Part shown: one piece after another, positions 1 to 12,065 of the stretch
Layout: the number at the start of each line of letters is the position of its first letter
Position numbering within the stretch: position 1 is the stretch's first letter
Assembly (NCBI RefSeq): GCF_001194135.2
Contig: NC_068990.1
Location: 73,640,503-73,701,680, forward strand
Source of the DNA: Octopus bimaculoides
Taxonomy: Eukaryota
Reading direction: 5' to 3'
Length of the DNA: 61,178 bases
Program-made: the position numbers and the translations under genes
Notes under the pieces: model-generated
What the model was told of the DNA's origin: nothing
The model's database searches: none
What the model saw: only the letters and a program-made list of their open reading frames with translations

Positions 1-8
1 ATATATAT

Positions 9-43
<35 letters not shown>

Positions 44-44
44 T
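1..44. repeat. (TA)n/(TAGA)n microsatellite
   Basis: Direct reading of the sequence. Confidence 0.95.
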
Positions 45-73
45 ACACTGCTCTTCTGAATGGAAACCTTACC

Positions 74-2360
74 TGTCATTGTGGTTTTGTGGCACGAAGC
101 AAAGCAGGCCTTGCTGCCCACTCAAGAAAGCACATAGTAAATGATCCATATGCACTTGAGCAAACTGAGTCCTCACCTTGTTCCATTTGCTAAAATGTTT
201 TTGCAAGGCACCAGCAGGCCTGAAGAGGCACGAATGAAACCACTAAGTTGACAGGTAATTGTAGGCCCTTTGCTTGGCAAAACATTATGTACAAACTGTA
301 CATAAGCTGCCTCAGCCAATTCCTCCATGATCATTGTGAGTCAAGCAACATAATGATGATGAGCAAGCCGTTGTGAAGATGACAGTGTGTGTATATGTTG
401 AACAACTTTTGATAAACAAAACTGTACTGTCTGAAGTGAAAAATTGTCATAGAAGTGTTGGAATCACAATAATTATTGTAGCAGCCATGAAGTATCCTCA
501 TGTATCAACGTCCATGTCAACAGTATGGCCTGATTATAGGAAGGCTTTTAATTCTGTTCCCCACACATGGCTGCTGATATGTCTACATTTGGCAAACGTG
601 CCTGTTACCTTAATTACTGCCATTGAGAGGCTCACAATGACCCAGATAACAATTCTAACACTTAAAACTGAGAGTGGAACGATCGTCTCCAAAGTTAGAA
701 ATATTGCAAAGGGAATATTCCAAGGAGATAGTCTTTCTGTCATTCTGTTCATTTTGGCATTAAATCCATTATCATTCCTGCTACAAAAGTCAAATGGTTA
801 TCTGTTAGGGTCTGCAACTGCTAGAGATATCAACATAAACCATAATTTCTTTGTGGATGACCTTTAAGGTTTATGCTAAAAATGTTAACAACGCCAAAAA
901 AAGAAAAAAATCCCAACTGGGATTAATAATATTTTCAACTGATATAGGGATGGGATTTGGTCAAAAGAAACATACATATTTGATTGTTGAATGAGGAAAA
1001 CTAGTCTCCCAGACCCAAAACCTGTGCATCAATGGGTTCACTATTTCTCCTGTCCTACACCAAAAAATTCTGCAGTGCCAAGCATTGAGGAAAACATCAT
1101 ATGACAGAATTGTGAATAAAGATAGGATGACCCAAGAATATTATGTCAAGATTAGAAAAATATGGCAGTACCAGTGCTGAGACCAACATTTGGGATTCTT
1201 GACTGGTCTGTAGGAGAAATCCACACCAGAGATATTAAAATCCACATGATACAAGCATCAACTAGAAACCTCTAAAAAAATAATGATATCGACAGGCTCT
1301 TCCTAAGAAAAATAAAGGAAGTACAAGCTAGAGATCAGTGCAAACAGCCTTTGAATGCCATATAGTCTCTCTCTCAACTAGCACTTGCTAAACAACAGCA
1401 GTAAAAATAAATACATAAATTTACTGCTGTTAATTGAAGGGAATGATATCCTATGTGTTGGTAGTGAGCTCCTCAGAAAGCTCTCTCTTTCTGATTAACT
1501 CCCATAAAACCCAAAACAGCCAGATTAACACACCTCAAAGAAAACCTGGATGTGAAATGCTTAGCATATCAAAAACAAGACCAAGCATGGGTATGCTTCT
1601 CAAAGACTTGTAGAAAATAGTAATAGTGACATGAAGCAAAGCCACTCTTGGACTTGTGACTGCTATATCATGTCACACTTTGAAAGCTATGCATTTGCGA
1701 TCCAAAAACAGGAGATTGCTACAAAATACCACACAAACAAACAAGACAGGAAGCTCTTGGAATTCCAAGATGCAACTGAAAATGTAGATTATATCATATT
1801 TCTGTGGAAGACATCACACATGTGATTAGCAGCTGCCCCAAAATGTCATGAAGCTTTTACTTCTCTATGCAATAAAATGTTGTCATGAAAACAATATACA
1901 AAGCTATTTGGGGAAAAACTGTCCTGGAATAAATATGGAGAATCCTCTTGCTTTTGAATACAAACAAAAACATTGACATGAGGAATACTGGTGGAACATT
2001 CTCATCTAAACATCTGTCAAGTGTAAGCATAACAGGTTGGATATTACTTTTTGGAACAGACAAGAAAAAGTATGTACCATCATAGAGGTCATCTGTCCTG
2101 CTGACATGAAGATCTCTTTGATTTTCTAAGAGAAAGAAGGTAACTATGGACAACAGCTTTGAAACTTCCAGCTTCTATATCCAGATTATAAATTCATATT
2201 TCTACCAATAATAATTGGTGCGCTTAGCCTTGTGAGTAAATGCTTAAGTAACAATTTAGATTGACTTAAGTTTTCAAAAAGAGAAATCAACAAACTAACC
2301 TGCAAATTACAAATACAGTTTGTAAAAGGAACAGTAGTAAAACTTACCTCAAGTTTAAAA
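74..2360 (+). mobile_element. Decayed RLE-type non-LTR retrotransposon (R4/Dong-like RT), internally deleted, with two upstream C2H2 zinc fingers
   Basis: Manual translation across frameshifts and stops gives: C2H2 motifs (74-243); RT motifs GNCRPF..NIMYKLY, EQLLINK, DYRKAFNSVPHTW, GIFQGDSLS, HNFFVDDL (ORF 373-867); thumb FGILDWSVGEI..DIK and DIDRL; ESYAFAIQKQEIATKY (ORF 1631-1825); RLE motifs CTIIEVICPAD, EKEGNY, LPIIIGAL (about 2070-2360). Confidence 0.9.
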
Positions 2361-2489
2361 TATAACATTGCTTTTGTTACCTACATTGGAATGATAAAGC
2401 TTTGTGTCTTTGTTAGACATCAGCTCCTTCCTCAAAGGAAGAATTTAAATCATTAAAATCAGAAGATAACATACATACACATGATTGGT

Positions 2490-2645
2490 TTCTGTACAGT
2501 TTCTATCTGCCATTTTCACTCTCAAGTCATTGATCAGCCTGAAGCTATAATAACAAGAGATACTTTACCAAAGTACTAAACACTAAGATTGAACCAGAAA
2601 CCACATGCATTACAAAGTGGAAATCTTAAGTATGCTACCAGTTCT
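2490..2645 (-). mobile_element. Degenerate tRNA-derived SINE (family B)
   Basis: Similar to the better-preserved copies at 38690-38850 and 46885-47035 (cagtttc..tctacc..ttcactcacaagg...gattgaacc). Confidence 0.55.
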
Positions 2646-3005
2646 TAACGCTTCTGTGACCATATCTCTAATGCAATATTCAATCTATATGTCTCAATTA
2701 ATTTTCTAAAATAATAAAGAATTTGAAGGAATCTAATAAAATAGCTGACGTTATTAAGTTAATGTTTGGTACACAGTTTAACAAATGGTTCTTACATAAA
2801 ATTATGATAAATTGTTTTAATTTAGATATATACAGTTTAGAATGGAAGATTTCATATGTTGGAACCAGAGGCGATCTCAGAACATGACATTTATTTTATA
2901 AAAGCATGTTCCAATTTCCATTATGATAAATGTTGAGCACACTCATCTCAATAATGATCAATGTACTCTGTAGATGTAGGAACCTGAATTCAATATGTAT
3001 ATTAT

Positions 3006-3009
<4 letters not shown>

Positions 3010-3088
<79 letters not shown>

Positions 3089-3125
3089 CGTATTTTACAC
3101 ATACACACACACACACATATATATA
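3010..3125. repeat. (TA)n/(CA)n microsatellite
   Basis: Direct reading. Representative of dozens of (TA)n, (CA)n, (TACA)n, (AAT)n and (GAT)n arrays across the window. Confidence 0.95.
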
Positions 3126-3682
3126 CAGATACATGATGTATACAGACATTCACTTGTGTATGCTCACATGCGCATGCATACATACATGAACACATTGCAC
3201 ACATGCACATGCACACAAACACATCTAAGACTGGATTGGTGGAATTGGCAAAGCATTAGGTGAAATGACTTGCCTTACGGTATTCTGTTCTTTATCTTAA
3301 ATCCTTGAGTTCAAACCATGCTGAACCATGTGAGATGTACCAATGGTTAAAAATTACTAAACACCACTGTAACAACAGCTTAGTCATAAATACATCATAC
3401 TTCGATGGTGTTAAGTTTGGCACTACTACTACTACTACTACCACTACTACTATTACTACTACGTATGCAGATGATGATGTCGCTTTCTTTGCAAGAGCAC
3501 TAGAGAGACAAGTGCCTGTGATCAGTATCTTACTTCAGTTTTCTTGGTGTTATAATAAATTAAATTTCAACATAAAAATTTTGGTTTGCTTGTCATCATC
3601 ATCATTATCATCATCGCCGTCATTGGTGACAACAGTGTTGTTGTCATCGTTGTCATCATCAGAATTATTACATTATTATTAT

Positions 3683-4920
3683 TAAGGCAATGAGCAGGCA
3701 TAATTATTAGCATGCCAGGCACATTGCTAAGCAGCAATTCTTCTGACGTTCTGAGTTCAAAGGTCAACTTTACCTTTTATCCTTTCAGGATTGAAGAAAT
3801 AAGTGTCAGTTGAGGACTGGGTCAATGTAGTCGATTAGTCCCCCCCCCCCACCACAAATTACAAGCCTTATTCCTATTCTAGTAAGGATTAATTTGTGCC
3901 TTTAGGTTCTGAATCCAAATTCCACTGATGTCAGTATTGATTTTCATCATTTTCATCCAGCTGTACACTGGGGTCCCTGTGATTAAGTAGCCCCTTACCC
4001 TCAAAAATTTCAGGCTTTGTGCCAATAGTAGAAAGGATTACCAATGAGGGAGTGACCTGACAGAATTGGTACTGTGTCAGGCAAAATTCTTAGTAGCATT
4101 CTTGCAGCTCTGAGTTCAAATTCTTATTTCTTTACTGCTCAGAAGGGACTACACACAGAAGGGACAAACAAGGACAGATAAATGGATTAAGTCGATTATA
4201 TCGACCCCAGTGCATAACTGGTACTTATTTAATCGACCCTGAAAGGATGAAAGGCAAAGTTGACCTTGGCGGAATTTGAACTCAGAACGAAGCAGCAGAT
4301 GAAGTACTGCTAAACATTTCGCCCGGCATGCTAACGTTTCTACCAGCTTGCAAAATTCTGAGTTCAAATTCTGCTGAGGTCAACTTTGCCTTTTATACTT
4401 TTATGGGTTGATAAAATAAGTACCAGTTAAGCACTGGGGTTGATGTAATCTACTTGCTCCTCTCCTAAAATTTCTGACCTTGCACCAAAATTAGAAACCA
4501 TTATTTTGTCTGTCCTTAGTTTAAATTCTGTGAAGGTCAACACTGCCTTACATTCCTTCAAAGTTGATGAAATAAGTCCGATTTGAGTACTGGGGTTGAT
4601 AAATGAAAATTCCCTCCTCCCATAAAGTTCAAATTCTGCAGACACTGTCTTAGTCCTTCATCCTTTTGGGGTGGATGAAATAACTACCAGTCAAGCACTG
4701 GGGTCGATGTAATCAACTTCCCCTCTTCCCCCAAATTGCTGGCCTTATTCCAAGATTTGAAAATCATGATTTTGTAATCATTCGAACTCTAAGATCAACT
4801 TTGTCTTTCATTCTTTCAGAGATAATGAAATAAGTACCAGTTGAGTACTGGGGTCAATGTAATTGACAAGTCATCTTCCCCAAAATTTCAGACCTTGTGC
4901 CTGTTGTAGAAAGGGTTATT
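3683..4920. mobile_element. Cluster of about 8 fragments of tRNA-derived SINE family A
   Basis: Repeated motifs ctgagttcaaattc (B-box-like), ctttgcctttcatccttt, taagtaccagtt and ctggggtcgatgtaatc, mostly on + with one copy on -. Confidence 0.85.
4128..4352 (-). mobile_element. Best-preserved SINE family A copy
   Basis: The reverse complement has the head gcaagctggtagaaacgttagcatgccgggcgaaatg, the B-box gttctgagttcaaattcc, and a body ending gtttgtcccttctgtgtgtagtccc. Confidence 0.85.
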
Positions 4921-5135
4921 ATTATTATTATTATTGCTATATGAAAACTCTCAGATTATGTTGCTGGGTATGATAGAAAATGTCAGCTGTCCATAGCCAG
5001 CAGACTAAGAATGACACTTGTTTACTGGTCATGCTTCAAGCACCTTGCAAAACATCATCATCATCATCATTATCATCATTATTATCAAGGCAGTGAGCTG
5101 GTAGAATTGTTAACACACCAGACGAAATGCTTAGC

Positions 5136-5140
<5 letters not shown>

Positions 5141-5175
<35 letters not shown>

Positions 5176-5319
5176 TTTTTAAGATAAAATATGGTCCGTT
5201 GTCATCTGCTGAACTGGGGTCATCCCTTGACCCTAGGGTCACAGCAGGTCCTCATCTCATGGAGAGTACACAGCGTAAAATGTGTGCAGAACCCAGCAAC
5301 ACCATTTTCTGAAGTTCTC

Positions 5320-5361
<42 letters not shown>

Positions 5362-5393
5362 CATTATTATTATTATCATTGTTATTATTATCA

Positions 5394-5443
<50 letters not shown>

Positions 5444-5490
5444 GTTGTTTTCACCAGAACTGTGGCTGATCCCACATTGGGACATTTCAT
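5141..5490 (-). mobile_element. 3' stub of an RLE (R4/Dong-like) LINE bracketed by (TAA)n arrays
   Basis: Minus-strand translation ELQKMVLLGSAHILRCVL is the conserved RLE C-terminal motif (QK.vLLgsahILR.vL). It is followed by a short 3' UTR and a (TAA)n tail, and has (TAA)n on its 5' side. Confidence 0.8.
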
Positions 5491-5799
5491 TACATATCCT
5501 TATATACTGTTATGTTCTTAGAGCCTCTTTTCTCACACTCAGTTCTAATGCAATACCCTAACATTATGTTATTTAACTTACTTCTTTTTCTGTAATTTGT
5601 CCTTCAATTATTCTGATATTAGTTGCTCTTGTGGCAAATAAAGTAACTATTGTTGTTGTTGTTCTTCTTCTTCATTTTCTTCTTTTTTTTTCTTCTTTGT
5701 GCTATCACAAGTTCATCTGTTCCTCATTCACAATTGACTCTCTTTAAAATTATTTATGTTCTCTTCTATTTTATTTAGCTTGACAGTAGAGCAGCATAT

Positions 5800-5858
<59 letters not shown>

Positions 5859-6158
5859 TACATACATACATACATGTACACAAACACACACACACACATA
5901 CATGTGCGTGTGTACATCTATGTACGTATGCTTTTATCCACAATGCATGTGTATATGTGCGTGCATGTTTGCATAGCTATATGCCATCAAAATCCATATT
6001 TTTCCACCTACAGAGTAATATGAGAAAAAAAACTGAATAAGTTGGCAGTTATGTTATGGTATATTTGTAATAGGGCACATGTAAATAACTAAAAGCTCAT
6101 ATTCAAAGACATTTATTATATTCATGTGACCATGTATATATGTATATATAAGTACATA

Positions 6159-6207
<49 letters not shown>

Positions 6208-6269
6208 NNNNNNNNNNNNNNNNNNNNNNNNNNNNNNNNNNNNNNNNGTATATATATATATATATAAAA

Positions 6270-6324
<55 letters not shown>

Positions 6325-7365
6325 CATACATGCATACACATGCACAATGTACATTGTATATATAGATATATAGATATATGTGTATATGTATATAGTTTTA
6401 CATCTTGTAAATATAAATTCATGCATGTATACCTTCATACATATATGCATATGTGCATACATATGTATATAAATGCTTAGATATATATGTGTGTGTGCGT
6501 GTGTGTGTGTGTTCTGAGTGTTTATGAGAGTATATGTATGTGTGTATGTGTATACATATGTCTATATATATATATATATATGCAGACATACATATATAAA
6601 TATTTAATCATAAACTCTATAAAAACATAACATAAAATACGTATAATATGATAAAACTGATATCAAAACAGAGCAGAGCTGAATAAATCCAAATATCAGA
6701 GTAGAAAGAGAAGAGAAGAGAAAAAGAGTGAGAGTAAAAACGAGAGAGTAACAGAAAGAGAGGGAGTGAGAGAGAGAGAGAAAGAAGACAGAGTCTGTGT
6801 AATTGATAGTTACTTTTATCAGCATGTTTCTATATTACACACGATTATATTCATATAGCACTCTTTTATAACCTATGTCTCTATACTCTTCCAATACAAT
6901 TGCAAATGTGCAGCATACAATGCAGTTATATAGCATATTAATAGTTCAAAAATATGTATACCATAAATATCATGATAACAACGCTAACAACAACAATGAT
7001 AGTAAGTAAATATATAATTAAATAAATAAACAAATAAATAAGTAAATAAATGTCTAGTTCCATATTCTAGACACAATAGAGGAATTTTCTGTTCTGTATC
7101 GTCGTTGTTGTCGTCGTCGTGAAATTTTCTATCTACAGAAATGAGTTACCAGCATTATTGTCAATTATTGTATAGAATAAGACATTTTTTTTTTTTTAGG
7201 GGGAATGACGAGGAGGAGGTGATCTGGCATTGGTGGAGGTAGTAGCGGTAGGAAGAGAAAAGTGTGTATTACATTATATATATAGTGTAAAATTATTTAT
7301 GTGTGCATGTATTTATGTCTATGTATGTATGTCATGTAATATATGCATGTATATGCATGTAAATG

Positions 7366-7427
<62 letters not shown>

Positions 7428-8314
7428 TACACACATACACTGTATTTATACATATAGTTGTATATAAACATATATATGTATATGTGTGTATGTGTGTGTG
7501 CATATATATTTATATATTGCCATTCAAATGATTCCCATTTATTTCGGTTTTAAACCATATGTATTCTTATGTATTCTACGGCCAGAAGATGGTAGCACAA
7601 CAACTGAAAGTATTTATTTCAATAACAGATTCCCTATGACATCATATTATTTTCCTATACAATACAAGAGTTCATATATATTACATGCACTAAAGTTTAC
7701 TTTGGTGCATGTAATATATATATATAACACTGAAATCATATCAAATTATATAGTTGCAGATAATATGGTGCGATTGTATGAATGAGCAATGGTTTTCAGA
7801 AAGTGTAGGTAGAGTGGAATTTATTAGCATGATAACTGTTATATATCTTCATTATGAATATATAATCTTTTTTCTGCAAAATATCATGTGGTGATGAAAG
7901 CATTCTGTTTACTTGGTTTTATATCTTTGTCTATTTATTTATTTATTTTGCTTTCAAAGAGAGATTATTACAGTGATGACAACGACGAAGATGGTGAGGA
8001 TGGTGAAGGTGATTGCGATGGTGGTGGTTGGTGGTGATGACGCAAATGAGGATGACAATGCCGCCAACATGCATGAGGATAGTGGTGATGGGAATTGAGA
8101 TGATGTCAATGACAATAACGACAATAATGATAGCGGTGGTAGTCGTGGTATTTGCAGTGGTGGTTGTGCTGGTAGAGGTTTCTGATGGTGCTGAGGCTAA
8201 AAACAACAACAACAAAGGAGAGGACAGTGATGATGACAGTAGCATCGGTGATGATGATGATGACAACGATGATGATGATGTGAGGAGGAGGAACATCAAC
8301 CCCAGTGTTTCACT

Positions 8315-8445
8315 GGTATTTAATGTATCGACCCTGAATGGATGAAAGGCAAAGTCGACGTTGGGGGAATTGGAACTCAGAACGCAGCAGACAAAATACC
8401 GCTAAGCATTTCATCTGGTGTGCTATCAATTCTGTTAGCTTGCCA
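8315..8445 (-). mobile_element. SINE family A fragment
   Basis: gatgaaaggcaaagtcgac..ggaactcagaacg..gctaagcatttc..gttagcttgcc. Confidence 0.8.
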
Positions 8446-8470
8446 CCTTGATGATGACAATAATAACAAT

Positions 8471-8545
8471 GACAATGACAACAACAACTATGATGATAGT
8501 GGTCATAAGAACTATGATGAGGGAGGGTAAAATAATGAGAGAGGA

Positions 8546-8578
<33 letters not shown>

Positions 8579-8749
8579 CAATATTGAGTTAGAGAGCAAT
8601 GCATGTCATCAAAGTGACACTGGGGTACAAATATACAAAGCCCAATATACCCATCATGACTACCTGTCTGATAAGGGGTACACCAGGCACATGCATCACA
8701 ATCATATTTGTGTGACATGGTGATTTCATATCAAGATAAACAGCACATA
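8471..8749 (+). repeat. Source copy of a local direct duplication (partner 9531-9791)
   Basis: About 260-280 bp shared with 9531-9791, differing by roughly a dozen substitutions and by (TAT)n length. Confidence 0.95.
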
Positions 8750-8833
8750 ATGTTGCAGGTGGGACCCAGTTAGAATTTCTTCAGGTTGAGTTGCCCATCT
8801 TGCTCATTCTTCTTCTTCTTCTTCTTCATTATT

Positions 8834-9000
8834 AAGGTGGTGAGCTGGCAGAATCATTAGTGTGCTAGGTAAAATGATTAGTAATATTTCATCTGTGTGT
8901 ATATTCTGAGTTCAAATTCCACCAAAGTTGTCTTTGTGCTTCATCCTTTCGAGGTTGATAAAATAAGGACCAGTTGAGAGCTGGGGTTGATGTCCCAAAT
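8834..9000 (+). mobile_element. SINE family A copy
   Basis: ttaaggtggtgagctggcagaatcattag...ctgagttcaaattcc...ataaggaccagttgagagctggggttgatg. Confidence 0.85.
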
Positions 9001-9009
9001 GTCAGGCTT

Positions 9010-10345
9010 ATCATTATTATTATTATCAATGTAATTCAAAAGCCAATTCAATGTTTATTTTAGTTAGCAGAGATTTTATCTTGAGATTGTAAAAAACATG
9101 TAACCTTAAATCTCAAGAATCTTTTATTAGGATTCTGGCAGAATTTAGGATGACACTTTTCTACAGGTTGACAGCATGTGTCACTATTCCAAAATTCTTC
9201 AGTGACTTAGGTAGCAGTTTGGGCTTTGCAGCAAATGTACCCATTATCACAGAAATAAATTTCAAAATTGTTTCCCATAATTTCTGCATCTCTAGTTACA
9301 TCTTGATATTTCACTGTAATGTTATACATGATTACGAAGACAAAGAGCTTACACAGTTTTCAGTCCTCTATGATAATATCAAGTCTTCTTCCTTCAATAG
9401 AATTAACAGATTTAATGGGAAAATACCATAAAATCCTGTAATTAACATTCATCATAAAGGCTTCTAATACGTTCATACAACTTTCCTTCAAATGTACAGA
9501 TTCATCCTACATCCTAATGCAGTCCTTTACGACAATGACAACAACAACTATGATGATAATGGTCATAAGAACTATGATGAGGGAGGGTAAAATAATGAGA
9601 GAGAACATTATTATTATTATCAATGTTGAGTGAGAGAGCAGTGCATATCATCAAAGTGACACTGGTGTACAAATATATGAAGCCCAATATACCCATCATA
9701 ACTACCTGTCTGATAAGGGGTACACCAGGCACATGCATCACAATCATATGTGGGTGACATGATGATTTCATATCAAGATAAACAGCACATACCAATGTTT
9801 ATATTCCTTTTGTGGTTCCCAACTTTTCCCATTTCTTGAATTCTCTCATGGGTTCAATAACTACTTTGATATTTTCCGCTGCCAATAATATGTTTCCTTC
9901 ACTTTGTACAACATAGTTTTCCAAACCCAATAATGTAGCACTGATGGTGTCTTCTTCATTTAACAAGCCTCTGCCTCTTTCTCTTCTTGGTAAATAAAGC
10001 CTGTCAATATTACTTTTAGGGTGGTGTGCATCGTGCATTTGAAGTACCTCTCTAGTTCTATCCATTTCCAGTTTCTCTGTCTTAAGCGACTTTAGGAAAG
10101 AAGCAGGGTATCTCAACACTGACATGGCTGATGTATTGATTGCCTTGATGACATTACATTCATTGAGTTTTGTTTCAAGCCTAACATAACCATTCTCCTG
10201 TACACTTTGGAGATTTTTTCTTTCATTTCCTTTTCCATTAACTGATCATCTTGCACTGCTTCTTGGAACTTGTTTTTTTCTTTCGGTTTCAGACTTCTGG
10301 TAACTTTATCCCATCAGATTTATAATTTCGGTCCCTCTTCATAAT
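9010..10345 (-). mobile_element. Decayed RLE (R4/Dong-like) LINE 3' half, interrupted by a duplicated segment
   Basis: ORF 9799-10125 has KLNECNVIKAINTSAMSVLRY (upstream), DRTREVLQMHDAHHPKSNIDRLYLPRRERGRGL. 9110-9510 reads ILWYFPI..IEGRRLDIIIED, KYQD and KSVILNSARIL. A 3' UTR and a short (TAA)n follow at about 9010-9030. Confidence 0.85.
9531..9791 (+). repeat. Duplicated copy of 8471-8749 lying inside the LINE
   Basis: Direct alignment by eye; same orientation as the source, 1060 bp downstream. Confidence 0.95.
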
Positions 10346-10516
10346 TAATGCTTATTGTTATTATTGTTTTTTATGCTCATTATTTTTGCTGTTGCTCTTA
10401 TTTTCCTATCTATCTATCTATTTGTCTTTCTGTCTGTCTATCTACCTGCCTACCTATCTGTTCGTCTATTTATTTATCCATCTATATTTATATATACATA
10501 CATAGGTGCACACGGG

Positions 10517-10572
<56 letters not shown>

Positions 10573-10652
10573 AATATGTATACATATATGTATATAGATA
10601 TGTGTGTGTGTATGAATGTATATGTATGCTGCTATCTCTCTCTCACACACAC

Positions 10653-10695
<43 letters not shown>

Positions 10696-10921
10696 TTCAG
10701 GATTCAAGTGAATCAGGTACTTAAATGGTAAAGCACTGGGTCGGGTAAATAAAATTGAAATCGTGTATATAACGAAATCAGAGGAACAAATACATACATG
10801 CATTCCGAAGTACAGACAAATTATTTTTCCAGTTGTATATACAATTAACTGCACCAAACTGAGTATACTATGAGTCTCAAAGCAGTATTTAGGAAAACAC
10901 ACTGCGCAAATTGTACTGAAC

Positions 10922-11270
10922 TTTTCTACTGGTTAGAATATGTCACTATCCACTGCCTACTCCGGAGGATATTTTTGTAAAATGAAATGGTGGGAAAATA
11001 TTTTCGAAACTGGATCTGTCTGATGCGTATCTACAAATTAAAGTAGACGAGGAATGCTTGAAGCTTCTAACAGGAAATACTCACAGGGGACTATACAAAT
11101 ATAATAGATTGCTATTTGGTCAGAAGGTAGCACCTGCAATATTACAACAGGTCATTGATGTGATTTTGACAGATTGTCAATTTGCAATTCTGTACCTCGA
11201 AGACGTATTAATTAAAAGTGATTCTCGTGATCACCTTACAGAACATGTGAAATGTGTTTAAAAAAAAAAT
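10922..11270 (+). pseudogene. Gypsy reverse transcriptase fragment, inverted duplicate of 12861-13212
   Basis: HYPLPTPEDIFVK*NGGKIFSKLDLSDAYLQI...FGQKVAPAILQQ...YLEDVLI; near-identical to the reverse complement of the LTR element's RT. Confidence 0.92.
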
Positions 11271-11479
11271 ACAATCCAGCTCTTCTTACTACTATGAGTC
11301 AGAGAAACATGAGGTGGCACAAACTGGTGATTTTTGGTATGCTTTATTTTAAATGTGAAATTCATGTATATTCACTTGATGAAAACGGCTTTTTCTGCAT
11401 AATGTAATATTAATTCTATTCATCAATAAAAAAAATTGGTGGAAACAGCTGTAGCGAATGAGCAATTATCCAGTTGTTG

Positions 11480-11525
<46 letters not shown>

Positions 11526-11632
11526 CCCTCTCATATATATATACATACACACACACATACATACATACATATATATATACATATATATATATATGTATAT
11601 ATATATATGTGTGTGTGTTTGTGTTAAACTAT

Positions 11633-11762
11633 CATTTAATGTACATAGTATAAAGATATGAGCTTCTAATAGTTTCTTGCTGTGAAGACATGTGTCTACA
11701 CAGGTTTTTATTTCATGACTTGTGTCTCTAAGCAATCTTTGAGCTCTGAGCATATAGTCGGT
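11633..11762 (+). repeat. Left arm of a ~130-bp inverted repeat (palindromic MITE-like element)
   Basis: catttaatgta...ctgtgaagaca...gagctctgagcatatagtc is the imperfect reverse complement of 15159-15285. Confidence 0.85.
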
Positions 11763-11783
11763 TCTGTCAGAAAATCAGACTAT

Positions 11784-12065
11784 CGTAACGTAGTTACTCG
11801 TCACCAGTTATTGTAGTATCGCCACTATTTATGATGATACTTGTTTACACTATAAAATATATAACGAAGCAGGGTAACAAGAACATAACAATCCAAAAAA
11901 TCTCTCTACGAACTGTAAAAGATATTCCGACAAACTACCAAAACAACACCTTGCGACTTACTGCAATTAATGCTTATCAGTTTGTCTCTGACTCATACCA
12001 CTGCTATTCATAGTCGTTCGGTCAAGTCTATTTTCACAGAGGGTGTCCTGACTCTTGCCACAACA
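11784..12065 (-). repeat. 3' LTR
   Basis: (c)gtaacgtagttactcg...gccacaaca; a direct repeat of 14903-15158 with substitutions and indels. Confidence 0.88.

Noticed and set aside
7575-7640. Hammerhead-like core (ccagaagatgg...ctgaaagt), as in Penelope termini; similar hints at 19760-19800 and 54710-54770
   Set aside because: The catalytic CUGANGA/GAAA/UH residues and helices are not all present; at best these are dead relics.
10730-11420. Flanks of the inverted RT copy, possibly an OTU-like or other transposon coding relic
   Set aside because: No diagnostic catalytic motif could be read.
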